Positions 1 through 15,968 of a stretch of 64,000 bases of DNA are shown here, in pieces. The position numbers and the translations under genes were made by a program. Positions within the stretch are counted from its first letter, which is position 1, and the number at the start of each line of letters is the position of its first letter. Under the pieces are notes generated by a model, which was not told the origin of the DNA, ran no database searches, and was given only the letters and a program-made list of their open reading frames with translations. Origin of the DNA: Amoebidium appalachense (lineage: Eukaryota > Protista > Ichthyosporea); contig CAVNZM010000002.1 of the NCBI GenBank assembly GCA_963693365.1, positions 10,100,328 to 10,164,327 of the forward strand. The letters are read 5' to 3'.

Positions 1-655
1 GTCTGTCGCTTGCTGATCTGCTAAAAACTGTCGTGCTTATATACCTAAGGCTACCGATCTGAGCCAATCAAAATCGATCTAGTGTTATGTGAAATCTGAT
101 CCTGAGCCAATCAAACTCGGTCTAGTGATCTGTGGAATCTGACGTTTTGATCGGCTAATAGGTGCCCGTATGCGGGCAGCCGAACGCGAACTGCTAAAAA
201 ATGAAACGAAGCCTACATGGTTATGTTGATATCGGACAGCCCTCCTACATGTTTACCCAGAAAAATATTTATGTCAATAAATTCCACAAATAAAACCGAA
301 CTTTCCTTTACTTCCTTGATAATGACACGAGTTGATCTTAGCTAGTGTCTGTACCTTATCGTGTACATATCCGTGTACCAGATCTCTCTGATAGCAATTA
401 GTTCTTAGTGATTGGTTTCTATTAGAGACAGATCTGATTTCTGACTGGTCGGAAATCATGTATGGATTCAACTAAAGGGAATTTCAAGTATTCATGCGAG
501 ATCGAAATAAATTGAGTTCAGTCGTGTCTAAACATTGATGTCTGTTGTGTACACTGCCCCGATCTTTTCGTGTTTTGTTGTGTGTTTGTGGTGTTTTCAC
601 ACTGCACCACTGTGTCTCTGCTTCCGTCCCAAATACTTATACAATTTTACAGTCT

Positions 656-1504
656 GAGTGCACAGAGGTGTCATGTAAAACACTACTAACACATAAAGAG
701 AGGGCAATCGGAGTTGTTCACGAGACATTGAAAGATTCAAACAACAACTGATCCTTTATTGTGCTCTCGGTTCTCTTTGTGCTTGCGACTTATCATCTTA
801 TCACAACTAAAGAGGTGACCAATCGGTTCTATCAGAAGATAGAAAACCACATTCCAACAGAGCATATGCATTCCAACTTCCGACTTAGCTGAAGTTTAGA
901 AACTCTTACTTAAATAAATTAAGTAATTATACATCTAGTCACTATTAACTCACATATATATTTATATTCGTCTCTATAAAGAAACTCATTTAACTACTAC
1001 ATATTATATCTCCTTATAGTCGACACTCTCAAAGTGAAGACACATTGCAATAAACCGAATTCCATATGTATCTATTGTCCAATCACAACACATATATTAA
1101 GAGACAGGAATGCACAACACGATCTACAGATGTACTCGCTCGCGACTATTGGCGAGCCATCCTATTGAGAACAAAACTAAGCCATTTTGAGATAAAAGAG
1201 AGACAACGAGTGCTAGCCAATCACGCTACCTCTCAGATAAACAGAGGAGAGCAAACAGAAATAAAATACAATAAGTTCTTGTCAGGCAAGAGAGCCAGGT
1301 GTGCACAGATCTACAGATATCTGTGCTCACAGAAACAAGGGAGAGAGAGATACGGGGGGGGGGGGGGGGGGGGGGGGGGGGGAGAAAAAGAAAAGAGAAA
1401 AGGGAAAGAGCACAAAGAAGGAAAGCAGACACGAATACAAACAAAGCTAAGACACATACATACTTCAAGGCTCTTGCTGTCATACGTGGTGACATATTCC
1501 AACA
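656..1504 (-). mobile_element. LTR-like repeat, copy 1 (probable solo LTR of a copia-type retrotransposon, short deletion near 3' end)
   Basis: ~850 bp that aligns by eye along its whole length with 3502-4348. On the minus strand it begins TGTTGGAATA, a typical LTR 5' terminus. No coding internal region is attached. Confidence 0.6.
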
Positions 1505-1512
1505 TCCCCAGC

Positions 1513-1927
1513 TATTAGGAATACTTATATTTAGAGTGTTTATATTAGGAGCATGTACTCAGTGATAAATATATGATGTGAAGTAATAGATATATAAATG
1601 GTTTCATTTATTTAGCTTTTAAAGTAAATCCTTCCGTCCTTTAATTAGAAGATTTATCATCTATGTGTCGACAGGCATTTCGATTTATTTGCCCTCATAG
1701 TTTTCATTCTTTTGATTGGCTTAGCCTTCAAAGTTTGTCGGCTCCACATCTCTGCGTATAAAAAGGACTTCATCTTGAAATAAATATCAAGCAGTTGAAA
1801 ACATTTTAAACGGTCTCAGAAACCGTTTCACCTCTCCGGTTGTGTTTTTCCTGTGTGTCTGTGTGTTGTGTATATCAAAACACCCATATGTGCACTCTGC
1901 TTCTCCGTTTACCCACACAAAACAACA
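1513..1927 (+). mobile_element. Shorter, diverged LTR-like element in the opposite orientation
   Basis: Starts TATTAGGAATAC (cf. TGTTGGAATAC), has a TATAAAA near 1757, and ends TGTGCACTCTGCT...ACAAAACAACA like the 3' end of the 3474-4348 copy. No TSD found. Confidence 0.35.
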
Positions 1928-3286
1928 CTATACGACATACTAAAGACCATGACGTATTTACTAATACACCTGCCGCTCCATGACCACAGTCATGCAGAAC
2001 CGGAGGTCATTTTATGGTCCATCAATAGTTTCAAACTGCATGAACTTGAAGAATGCCATATTATTGTACAGCGGCCTTTGTCTCGTGCACGTGTATACAG
2101 CTGTAACATGACATTGTACTATTGACGTATAAATACATAACATTTTTGCCATACATATGCACCGGACAATGGCCATGTAGCCAACAATGACTGGGCAGTC
2201 ACAGTGCTGTCTGGCTTTGTCCGTCTTTCACAAGCAAAAAGCAATGTTTGTGTGGTCGCAATCCAACCGTTGTCACTAAAGCTTTTAGGGGGGGGCAGGG
2301 AGGCGGGGAGGGGGGGAAGGGGGGGGGGAGGGGGGGGGGCACTGAGTACCTGGTGTGACTCAGCGTAGGGGTACGCCGATTCACGGTACATCCAGAACCG
2401 CAACACCCCCTCCCTCCCGAGGTTCGCTCGCTCTCTCGATAAATCGACCGCGAGCCACCTAAGTGGCTCATTTCTATCGAAATCATTGGGCCACAAAATT
2501 TGCTCGTTTCGGACGACCACCCCTGCAGCTTAGTGATTGAGATTTGCACCCGTCTTCTTGGTATGCCCAGTTAGTTGCGGAAGTAATAATTATCCATCAC
2601 GGGTTCGGTTGATTTCTCTCTCATTCATTTTTTTTTTCTTCTTTTTTTTTCCATTCAGGGGGGAGGGAGGGGGGAAGAGGGGGAGGGGGGGGGGAGAGGG
2701 GCAGGGGAGGGAGGGGGGGGGGGGGGGGGGGGGAGGGGGGGGAGGGGGGGAGGGAGAGTCTGAGTTGAACCGGTGTGTGTCAAAGCTTTCCCTTCCTCTT
2801 AAATGTTCTGAACATAAATGCACACTCACACACACGCACACTCACACACACGCACACACACACATGCACAAACGTGCACACACGAGCTCGCACGTGCAAG
2901 TGCAAACGCCGTCGCGGCATGTAAGCCGGAACGGGGGGGGAGCGTGAATGATGAGCTGGGACACTAGGCTGGATGAGAAGTCAGATATGAACAAATCTGT
3001 AACAAACTTTTTAAAGTGAGAAACTAGTTAAAGTGAGAAACTAGTTAATGCAAAGCGACAGATGGCCCCAGCAGGTTCATAGGGACTGCAGGTGGGTACA
3101 TGTGCTCTGAGCAATTTATTCCGGAAGGTGGACGGATCATGGGGTAGAGGAGTGGGGACGGGATGCGAAAGGGCCCGGGGAAGAGAGAGAGAGGGATGGG
3201 GAGTGGGGCGTGGGATGAGAGGGAGGGGTGGGGGGCTTGCTACTGCCACAGGGCTGTGGGGTTTCCGTTTTTTATTTTATTTTTAA

Positions 3287-3289
3287 TAT

Positions 3290-3320
<31 letters not shown>

Positions 3321-3327
3321 TTAGTAT

Positions 3328-3394
<67 letters not shown>

Positions 3395-3405
3395 TTTTTT
3401 ATTTT
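3287..3405. repeat. (TTTA)n tetranucleotide microsatellite
   Basis: Directly visible run. Confidence 0.95.
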
Positions 3406-3473
3406 ATTTTTTTTTTTTGGGGGGGGGGGGGGAGTAGCATCAGTGGCAAGGGTGGCCATGGGAGGGCGCCCCC

Positions 3474-5330
<1,857 letters not shown>

Positions 5331-6299
5331 CGCGAGCACGTGTTTATCATTATGCTTGAGCATGACAGTTGTATATACGCTTGTCAACTTGCCAACTTGC
5401 GCATCACCATGTACTGTACCACATCATCATAACTGCAACAGAGTGTCGGTCAGGGCAACATAGTGGCACTCAGTAGTACATGTTGAAAACCAGGGTGTGT
5501 ATACACTAATACTATGCCCTAGTTACATATGCAGGCTAGGAGAAGCACGTAAGTAGTGAGACAAGAAAGCGGGTGCTACAGCTAGTGACACCGCACGACT
5601 AGTGTAACGTTTACTCGGACACACAGCCCCGCCCAAGTGACCCAAGTCTGGAATGTACCAGGCTTTTATAGTCCCTTGGTTTCCGCCGGTCCGGAGAGCA
5701 CTGCTCGCATACTTTTGTAAGGCGACAGCCAATAGGCATGTGGCCCTACTTATAATAAAGTACATGACATATACATGAGTACATGAGCTTCTCCTGGGTG
5801 ATCATAATATGGCTTCGCGTTATACTACAGTGCTACATGTGTATGTCTAGTGCCCAATAAAGTGTCTACGGCACACAGTGTGTGCCGTAGCACACAGTGT
5901 GTGCCGTACACCTAAGATACATGCTGGCAAAGTGTTCACGTTCTTTGCATCGCTCCTAACTGCATACTTAGGTGCAGAGCAACTGCCCTAATAAGGAATA
6001 CAGCTAAAAGTGATGCAGCTGATTGGTAGCTGCTTCCGAGGCTCTATTCCAGCCTCTGGCGAGAAGACACAAAGGCACGTAGACTGGTTGTGGGGGAACA
6101 GCACAGTGTGCACTTGAATGTACACAACATGCCTACAATGTGTATTCGGATCATAGTATACAGCCTCCCCCCCCCCCCCCCCCCCCCCCCCCGCCCCGCC
6201 GCCGCCGCCGCGGTCAAAAACCCCCTGACCGTACCACTACCGTTGAACTAGCACCACCACCCAACAAAAGGCCACCCCAGAAGGTACAAACTTTATGTC

Positions 6300-6330
<31 letters not shown>

Positions 6331-6626
6331 AAACAAAACAAACAAACACACATACACACACGCAAACACACCGTGGCACACACAACTTGCATACATGTGT
6401 ACACACTTAATATGGCCACATACTGACATGTACAGACACCCACACACACCGTACACGACGTGCACGGACACAATCATGCAGACATGTGCAGCATGATACA
6501 CTCTCACACTGACTGAGACACGGCACGCATCCGAGTTTCATATGCATCATGACCTTGATGATAATCTTGCACGTACACACACCCCACAGCCCTTGACTGC
6601 CACATGCGCGCGTGCGCGCACACACT

Positions 6627-6701
<75 letters not shown>

Positions 6702-6983
6702 ACATACACACACACACTGGAACACACACACAAACACACATAAACACACCTACTGTACCCACACACACAATCACACGGATCCAAGCTCTTCTTCTTGAAC
6801 GTAGCTACCGTGAGGCTTACTGTTGATCAAGAATCAAACTCTGATTGGAACCAAGTTAGAAGTTTTCATGGTGGGTGTGCAGGAATCTGAGAAGGGGGAA
6901 GCTGCAAGGGAGGGGATCAAGAGGTTCACAGAGGGAAGCAGCAAACGGATTGAGGGGTTGGAGGGGGGAGGGAGGGGGCGCCG

Positions 6984-7022
<39 letters not shown>

Positions 7023-7204
7023 AGGGGGGGGCGAGGGCCAGCCACCCCTTACACCTACTTGGAAAAGGGGGAATGGGGGGAGGGAGGGCATTCGTGCCAC
7101 CACCGTGCTGCTTGGAAGTCTTAGTAGTTTTACAACATCCCCTCCTAAGACTTCCCTTTTCCTTCCCTGCAGGCCTTCCCCTTGTCCGGGAAGAAGGCCT
7201 GGGG

Positions 7205-7345
7205 CCCATTAATAGAGGAGAGTTTCGACATTTTTTTACTCACACATGCATTCCCCCCCCTAAATTTCCTCCCTCCTTCGAAACGTGCCCAAAAAGGGGC
7301 CCATGCATTTCAACGAGGGAGGCTCGACATTTTCTACTGCTACAT

Positions 7346-7376
<31 letters not shown>

Positions 7377-7544
7377 ACGCTGGGCCAGGGGCCCCCTCCT
7401 CGCCCTTCCCCATAATGAGGCCCCATTTCATAGATAGGGCTTTCAACATTTTCTACTCGCCCCTTCTCCTCTTCCCTCCCTCCTTCCCCTCGCCCGAAAC
7501 GAGGTCCCATTTCATAGAGGGAGGCTTCGACAATTTCTAGTACT

Positions 7545-7575
<31 letters not shown>

Positions 7576-7630
7576 CTTCGGATTCTCCCTCCCTCCCTCC
7601 CTCCCCGGAATGTGACGCATTTCATAGGGG
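7205..7630. repeat. Degenerate ~100-bp tandem repeat (about 5 copies, core CATTTCATAGAGGGAGGCTTCGACA..TTTCTACT, C-rich spacers)
   Basis: Core recurs near 7205, 7307, 7423, 7507 and 7617 with variable poly-C tracts between. Confidence 0.7.
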
Positions 7631-8481
7631 GCCCAACCACATCAGCAAAATCAACTTACTGCAAGCTAAAATACCCTGCGAAAAGAAGAACTTCAAGGCT
7701 GTAATCACACTGTGCCTTTACGGCAGAATCATGCAGCCAAAGCAGTATTTAAGAGGCTCTGTGCCGGAATAATTATGCTCTGCCGGTGAGTAGAATCGAT
7801 TTCCTCAGCACAGAACAATGCTGTTCAGTGCATTATAATGCTGCTTTAAAATAATGATGGTGTTGCTTTTTTAGCATATAAATCTCCTCAGAGGCAGAAC
7901 AATTCTCTCTCTTTTTCAATGATTCTGTCTTTTACAGACTCTCTGGTCGAAGAAAGTTGATGGTACTGATGTTCCAGAAGTGATTGGGCCCTTCTAGTAG
8001 TTTGTTTCTTTTTTAAGGACACCTTTACAAATCTGATAGCATAATAGTGGCACTCACTCAGTACACTCTCTAACTTCGGCTTTCACTTGAACTTCGCATA
8101 TGTTTCATTCCAGCTCCCGGCGTGACCCCCCCCCCCCCCCCCCTCCCCCCCCCCCCTCCCCCCCCCCCCCCGAGCCATAAGCTACTCATCATGACACATT
8201 CCACTCAACCTCAACATTTTGATTTCGTAATAAAAAGAGTTATGCACATCACATCTTATCATCTGTCATCATTGGTAGTAAAGAGATAGCTTCGAATTCT
8301 ATGAACCTAACATTCAAAGTTTCAAACATACATCAACTTAGTACTAAGTTATACAATAACATACGTGTGAGTTGCAACTTTAACGGTCCCACTGGCAGCC
8401 TGTTAGCTATTCACTTACTACTAGCATTCAGCCCCAGCGCCACTGATGTCACTAACAATGTCCGGTGCCCTTGCGGACTTA

Positions 8482-11317
8482 TCACACCATTTCCCATTGC
8501 AATTGGCGTTTGTTCACTGCTCCTGCAATGCGTACCCATGCTAAAGTGCCACTGAAGATCCGCCTATAGCTTCCCACATACAGCTGGTTCTCTGCTGTGA
8601 CGCTGTAATCCACAGACGCCGTTTCGTTTGACTCTGGCGGAAGCACGCTGAGCGAAAATCTCTCTATGTGGTTGTGAGGCATCATGCTCCCCTCGGTGGG
8701 CCTTGAAGCTCCAGCCATTTGCTGAACGCTGCTAAAGGTAGTTATTAGGAGAATGGAGCTGATCGTCACACATGTCGGATAGCAAAGCAAGGCGGTAAGG
8801 GCGACGGGTGCCCCCGGGACCAGGGAGTTGTTTGTCAGCTGAACGGGAAGTGGGGCAAGGAGAAGCACGGCGGCCACAAGGGTGGCGTAGAGGTTGGCCC
8901 ACCTGTGTGGTGGGTTTTGTCGTAAGATGAGGTCCCAGCAAAAACAATATTTGATTAACTTTTGAAGCCAAGTGGCAAAAAACAATCATGGGAGCACACG
9001 ACATTGTAGGTTAGGAGGAACGGGGGGGAGGAGAGAGGGGAGGGGGAAAGGAAGAGAGATTGAGTCTGACAGAAAGAGAGAGCTTTCCCTGGGGGGGGGG
9101 GGGGGGGGGGAGGGGGGGGGAGGGGGGGCAGAGAGAGAGCGAGGGTAAAGAGTATGCAAGCTCGGAAAGGAATTCTGAATGTGTTTTTCTGCAGGGAAAA
9201 GGGGTCATTGAGTGGACATGGCGGTGAAAGAAAAACGGAAAAGGCCCTGGAGCAGGCCGGGCGGGGAGGAGCATCATGTTAGGCTGCCACCCTCTTGGGG
9301 AAGAAGGTGGCTCCGAGTTCAAAAGCTGAGGGTTAAAAAAAATCTGGGGAAAAAAAGGAAGTAGTGCACGAGGGTGTAAAGATACACTGTGCGGCTACTT
9401 ACCTATCATTGAACATCCCAGGGCAGGTCGACCGAGTCCTCCACGTATACCACGCCACACACCCGATATAGTAGAGGCTGCTGGCACGGTCGACACCGAG
9501 GTAAGCGACCCAATCCACACGACCGAGCACATACAGCACGAGCAGCACCAACATGACCACAAACTCAATGATGGCAACACCGACTATGGAACCAAACACA
9601 TGCGCACGTGCCTGCCAACGTGTGTCCCCCCACTGCCGCATCTCAAAAGGGCGATTGAAAATGAGGAAGATGAGCCGTTGTCGAGCTGCGTAGGCCAGAA
9701 GCATCAGGCGCACGCCCCAGTTGCGTAGAAATATGCAGAGCATGCAGATCACCTGGAGCCATCAGACATAGAACGGACGGTTAGGATCTGCTAAGTCAGT
9801 GATACTATTGGATAGCCTTAAAGCACACATGCCCGACACCGTAAGTTCGAAAACCCTGGGAGTTTATTTTCAAGAAGCCTTAAAGCAGTCACAGTCACGG
9901 TGAGTCAGTCTGAGGGGATTACAATGATGACATCAATGATCGCGCCTGCTACAATGAACTTTGCAGTGTTTGGGTCCCTTTAACTGATGATCATCCTATC
10001 AGTGAAAAGGCAAATTTATGTGACTGAGCCTCGGAGTCAGAGTCTTAATCGCCGGCCACCCAGGATACCGTATGACTGAAAAGTTTTAAAACACCTTGAA
10101 TCTTTCGAAGAAAGAGCTCGGGCAGGGCAGGACTTACGCCATCCCAGACGGCTCTGAGCACCTGTTCTCCTGTTTCGGGCCGCAGCAGCATGTTAATTGC
10201 GAGTACGTTGGCTGGAATCGTCAGCACCTGTAGGCCCGGGCAACCCGAGGAAGTACTTGGTTTAGACTGAGTTGCTCTCGAAACTCTATATAAAAAATAA
10301 TAATAATAATAATAATAAAAATAGCCACCCTGCATGTCATGCTAGCCTGGTGTTACTGATATGTTAGTATTCGCCATTTGCAGGGTTTCGATTTACCATA
10401 AATGAATCTTTATTCCGAACAGTACACGTTGTACAACATCGGCATCAACAGTGACAGGCCCTGTAAGGACCCAAGACGAATTCCCGAAGTTAGATATGTA
10501 CGTCTCAGTGTCTTAAGCTTGTTGTCGGCCAAGCAAAAAAGAGCATAAGAAGGGCCATCCGGATGATACATAGGAATCCAAACTTTTTTGGGGAATTTTA
10601 AAAGGAGAGCAAATTTATGAAGATGTGGATCACAGTGCGGGTCGATCAGTCGAAGTGTCAAATATTCATACGTACCAAAGCTAGGGCAGCACCCACTAGA
10701 GTCAATAGCAAGTATGTCGACCCACGGGCCTTGGCTGCTTGAGTGCCCCTCGTGCTCTTTGCGACCTTTGCAGCCCAAATAAGGACCACGCTACTCATGA
10801 CAATAGGCGGAACACAGTGAGGCAGCATTTGGGCAACGGCATCCTTTCCGGTGTATTCTTGCAGAGTCCAAAGAAGGATACAAGACGGAGAGTTGGCGAC
10901 AAGCACGCACATTGTGGCAATGAGAGCAAAATGACGAGTGCAAAACTGCAGTGCTTTCCCAAAAAAACCACGCCGAACTTGAACTTGTGTGTGAGACACA
11001 GTGGGCAATACTACGGCAGTGTCCGAGTCTATGCTAGAAAACGACGGATTGATTAGCTCTGCTGTAGGCAGTTGCAACAATTGCTTGCTTCTGGGTGCCA
11101 CACTGTCGTCGACGTTACTTGAATCAGTTGTGACTGGGAAAGTGGTGATGTCGACGTCATTTCCATTTTCTTGTTCAAACGACCGTGTGCTTTGAGTCGG
11201 ACTCCGGGGATATGTGGCTGGTCCTGGCTCATGAATTCCCTCCGAGACGTCCGTGGCAGGGTCGGGCGTAAAAAAAATGATTGGCAGGGGTGAAGGTTTG
11301 CCTCCCTTGACGGCCAT
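8482..11317 (-). CDS. Uncharacterised multi-pass (7-8 TM) membrane protein, ~500 aa, with a long Ser/Thr/Pro-rich N-terminus
   Basis: Four exons join in frame with canonical sites: 11317-10676 (ACCATGG start; donor GTACGT), 10227-10138 (CTACAG/GTAAGT), 9752-9403 (TCCAG/GTAAGT, phase 2), 8902-8482 (CACAG). Hydrophobic segments include FALIATMCVLV, VPPIVMSSVVLIWA, YLLLTLVGAALAL|VLTIPANVLAI, VICMLCIFL, IVGVAIIEFVVMLVLLVLYVL, LYATLVAAVLLLA and VALTALLCYPTCVTISSILLI. Confidence 0.78.
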
Positions 11318-12144
11318 GGTTGTGCCCCGACCTACAGTATCCGGCGTGGCCAAAGCGAAAAATTAAATCCGAAGTTCATGAGTACGAAGACAGTTGGGAC
11401 CTACGCTACAAACTGGCAGCCTAATGAAATTACCTTGGGTAGCCTACCACGGCAGTCAGTTGAACCGGGGCAGTTAGCAAAGCCTTTAATAATTAAAGTT
11501 TGTTATGTATGAATGAATACCCGGGCTATTTAGCAGCCTGCTGCTCATCGGCCTTCACTTACAACACTACTGAGTCACACGAGTACAATAGAGCAATGGT
11601 TATCATGATTCACTGGCAGGCCCTCGTATGATAGGCTTCCGGGGGTTCGCACGTGTCATACTAGAAGTTTGCGTTGTTGGGCCGGGGCCGGCGGATCCGT
11701 CCCAGAGTTCAAGTATGTATCTTCGTCTGTTCGTTGCGTGACAGGCAATTTAATTGGTGGTGCGTTATAGAAGTCACGAGAAGTTTTTCGCAGCAATCAT
11801 TCGGCGAGCGCCTGCATTCTGAACAAAACTTTGTGACGATGCATATGATGGTGGGGAACATGAGCTCAAAAACGAGGGGTGTCATTATTTCGTGAGTGTC
11901 AAGCTTGAATACCATGCATGGGTACGAACTTATAATAGGTCCCTGCACTAGATCAGTCGGTTTACGAGCGAGTTGTGTATATAGTGCATATGTCACGTGC
12001 ACAGTACTATAGTAGTGTCATGGTGGATGGGCCCAGTGCTCACACTGAGCAACGCCGGCGCATCGTGTGATTCGTATACGTAGGCGGTGGCGCACGTGCC
12101 CACTTTTCTCTCTTTAGGTGAAGCTAGAAAGATTCACCATAATA

Positions 12145-12146
<2 letters not shown>

Positions 12147-12192
<46 letters not shown>
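12147..12192. repeat. (TA)n microsatellite
   Basis: Directly visible. Confidence 0.95.
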
Positions 12193-12194
<2 letters not shown>

Positions 12195-13275
12195 AGCTTC
12201 GAACTCGCTTTATCTCGCAGCATTTGCTTCCGGCCTGGTTGAAGTGCCAGTATCTTATTATTATGCGAAGCATTGAGCGTGGCGGCCACCTACATATCGA
12301 ACGATATATTTAGGTACTGACTACAATAAAACACGCCCGCTGGAATGTCGGTATCCATAAACTGGGCCAATGGAAACAATGGCAAGTAGAACCGGACCGT
12401 TTATAAATTTTTATTTATCGCAGTACCAGCAGGGACATACATACAAACAAAAAAATAGACGGCTTGTGTACATAGCATGATGTGCGGTAGAGTGTTTTTT
12501 TCCCAAAAGTTTCAGGCATCACATAAAGTTATCTGTTTTGTCGCATTTGCATAGCAGAGGGCGGGGGGATGACAAAACTTAGGCGCGATTGAGTTGATAG
12601 CTCAAAGAGCTCTATTTATTTTTAACTAATATCAAAAATCACTATTCTTGCTTGCACATTTCATCATTTCGGAAGGCGGAGCCTGACATTGAATGATATA
12701 TATGCATCCAACTTTCCGCACCCATAGATAGCCACTGCTCATGAGCGAGTACAGGAAAAGGCCATTCATTGGTAGGATGTTAAAAAACTTTTCTCGGGCT
12801 TATTGTATAGTGCATAAATGCCTCAGATCTCTGCGTGTCAAGCTCGATGGCGCAGGATCGATCCTGGTTACTTCCGATTTTTGTTCTGCTCGACGGTCCA
12901 CCGGTCTAGCCGCCCCCTAGAAGCCATCACCCCAGGCCACGTCAAGCAGCACCACCAATTTGTTATCATCCGGCCGCAAGACATGACGTCATGAACAGCA
13001 CCGGCCCCCTGACGTCGACTGCGCGCCGCTTGGGCATCCCGGCCCAACGTTCAAGTGGGAGACCAATCCGAGTCACCGGCCACGGTTCGGGTCAGCGTCC
13101 TGGGCATGGGGTTATCCCTTTCAAGTCTTTATGTTTGTGTATGTGTCCCGGGTCGCTCCCGGCTGGTGTTGTTAAAGTGAGCTGTGCTCACTTTGTTGGA
13201 AGTAGAGTCCGCTGTGACTAGGGTCGTCGTGGCGCGCTTGGGCGCTGACCCGTTTTTTACTGCTTTCAGTGTGTT

Positions 13276-13336
13276 AACTCCATGACTGAACTCCATGACT
13301 GAACTCCATGACTGAACTCCATGACTGAACTCCATG
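13276..13336. repeat. 13-bp minisatellite (AACTCCATGACTG), about 4.7 copies
   Basis: Perfect tandem units visible. Confidence 0.95.
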
Positions 13337-13698
13337 TCTGCACCTGGCAGAGACGTGGTTTATATACCCGTGGGGCAGCAGTCTGGAATGTAATCCGGAT
13401 GCCAGGCGCTAATCGGATTGGTTACTTTTATTTAGAGATCTCTGGGACCAGTGAACCAATCGTTTGCAGTCAAAACACAATTGGCAACATTCCTCAACTA
13501 TGCAGATGTGCATGTGGTGATCGAGTGTCAGTGTGTGTCTGTGTACACGGAACCAATTGTAAAGCTAACATACACATATTGTGGAGTGAGCGTAAGTCTG
13601 CACTCCAACAACTTCCCATTAGCTTTGCTGCGGCTAGAACCGTGGGATAAAGGCGTAACTAAACATAGTGCGAGTTATTAGAATCCTGAGTGTGCTAG

Positions 13699-13802
13699 AC
13701 AGCACGATCTGTGTCTAGGCTCGAAGACAGTAAGTTTTTTTCTTTTGATGGATTTATTCCCTGAGGCAGTGCCTCGCCGGGAGTGACTGAACGGGATTAA
13801 AA

Positions 13803-13841
<39 letters not shown>
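13699..13841 (+). mobile_element. 3' end of a non-LTR retroelement (LINE/SINE) with poly(A) tail
   Basis: Matches 45899-45995 (ACGATCTGTGTCTAG...CCCTGAGGCAGTGCCTCGCCGGGAGTGA..ACGGGAT) and ends in a ~40-nt A tract. Confidence 0.65.
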
Positions 13842-13843
<2 letters not shown>

Positions 13844-14093
13844 TGCATCATGAGCTGCAAGTGCCAACGGCGAGGCAAAAAAAAGTTGTGCAGCAGGTCT
13901 GGATCATGTCTTGCCTAATATGAGTTTTCATACTAGGGCCCGGGGTCAGCCCGGGGTGTGGTCCGCCGAAGCCGGTTCGTCGATTCAGAGTTTGCGAGAA
14001 AGATGAGACGAAGGGCAGTGGTAGGGGCGGTGGCGGGGGCCGCCTGGGGGAGCCCGGGGAGGGGGGGGGGGGGAGGGGGGCGGGGGGAGGGGG

Positions 14094-14094
<1 letters not shown>

Positions 14095-14180
<86 letters not shown>

Positions 14181-14204
14181 AGAGAGAAAGAGAGAGAGAG
14201 AGTT

Positions 14205-14249
<45 letters not shown>

Positions 14250-14551
14250 GAGTGAGAGAGAGAGAGCCTCGGGGGGGGGAGAGAGAGAGAGAGAGGATCC
14301 GACCCGTTCACCGTGCAGGGAGTCTAGAACAAGTCTACCGAGAGAGAAATTGTCAGACTCGGAGAGGCGTCCTCGGAGAGAGGCTCTGAGGGGGAGGGGT
14401 TGGGGATCCGAGAGGAGAGAGGGTGGGCGCGGGGGGAGGGGGGGGGAGGGGGGGGGGGATGGACAGAGATAGGCTGAGGGAGAGGCAGAGCCTGGGAGAG
14501 AGCGAGACCGAGACCGAGACCGAGAACTCAAAGAAACACGCACACATCGTG

Positions 14552-14619
<68 letters not shown>

Positions 14620-14746
14620 CCTGAGATAGAGCCTCGGGGGGGGGGGGGGGGGGGGAGACAGAGAGAGAGAGAGAGTCTGGGGGAGAGAGAGAGAGAAAGA
14701 GAGAGAGAGCGAGTCGGGGGGGGGGGGGGAGGGGGGGGGGGAGAGG

Positions 14747-14812
<66 letters not shown>
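14095..14812. repeat. (GA)n / poly-G purine tract
   Basis: Directly visible. Confidence 0.95.
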
Positions 14813-14815
<3 letters not shown>

Positions 14816-15840
14816 CAGCCTGAGGCTGGCGAGGTCAGCAGTAATAATATTTCAGGAGTCGGCTCAAGTCAATGAGGGCTATATCAGACATCTTATCATA
14901 TTCGCGATACTATGTAAAGCGGCCTCACGGTGCAGGCCCGTGTGACGTTGATCATAAGACTTATATCCCTGCATACTTGTGTATTACTTACTACCTCAGC
15001 GTGCCCCCCCCCCCCCCCTCCCCCCTTCCCTCCCCCCCCCCCCCCCCCCCCCCCCCCCAAAACACACACACACACACACACACACACATCCCTCCCCTTC
15101 GAATTCCCTCCCTCCCTTCCTCCTCCCCCTCCCCCCCCCCCCCCCCCCCCCAATTTGCCCTTGCCCACACCCTGAGGCACAAACATGCACGTGACTTCCC
15201 TACGGCTCCTCGACAAGTCACCATGTGGCCTGCACATTTTCTCCCTGAAACCTTTTGTAACTAGTGTACACACAAGCACTTCAGTCATGGTTCCAATTCC
15301 AATAGGCTACCGGCAACACTATGAATAAACACTACTAGTACCGACGTTGCCAGGCACGCTGGCAATAGCAGCAAGAAGAGCACAGTGTTCTATACTGTAA
15401 CCTGAGTGCCGCGCACACACAGGCACATTGCTACATGCCGTCGCACACACATGCACAGGCCATTACACACACACTTGTACACAAACGCGATGTGCACAAG
15501 CACTGAAACGCACACATGCAGGAATGCAGGCATACATGCCATACGCATGTACTCGCGCACGTACGCACACACACACACACACATGTCTGATACGGTACAC
15601 GGGCACGGTGCCCTTTTATTAACCACTGTGCCCTATTATTATTACTAGCATGCACACAGCCAGAAAGTACGCATACACGCAACACCGAACACACGCTACA
15701 CACCCAAAACCGTGGCACGCACACGCGCGTACGCACACACACATAGATGATACATACGCTCACACTTACAGCGTGACACACACGCACACGCACACACGCA
15801 CACACGCACACACGCACACACACACACACACACACAAACA

Positions 15841-15900
<60 letters not shown>

Positions 15901-15920
15901 GTGTGACACACACTGACACA

Positions 15921-15968
<48 letters not shown>

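Noticed and set aside
1505-3473. Interval between the two LTR-like direct repeats as the internal domain of an intact retrotransposon
   Set aside because: No gag/pol remnants, no clear PBS, no matching TSD, and the copies are noticeably diverged; independent solo LTRs fit better.
7630-8130. Non-repetitive stretch that might be a decayed coding or transposase fragment
   Set aside because: Frames I tried by hand hit stops within about 30 codons and showed no recognisable motif.
10396-10460. Possible extra exon of the multi-pass membrane gene (TTACAG acceptor, GTAAAT donor)
   Set aside because: Its open frame is phase-incompatible with both neighbours, and skipping it gives a continuous hydrophobic helix.
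12836-12870. tRNA-like A/B box motifs (also GATTCGATCCCC near 51795)
   Set aside because: Spacing is wrong and no cloverleaf can be formed.
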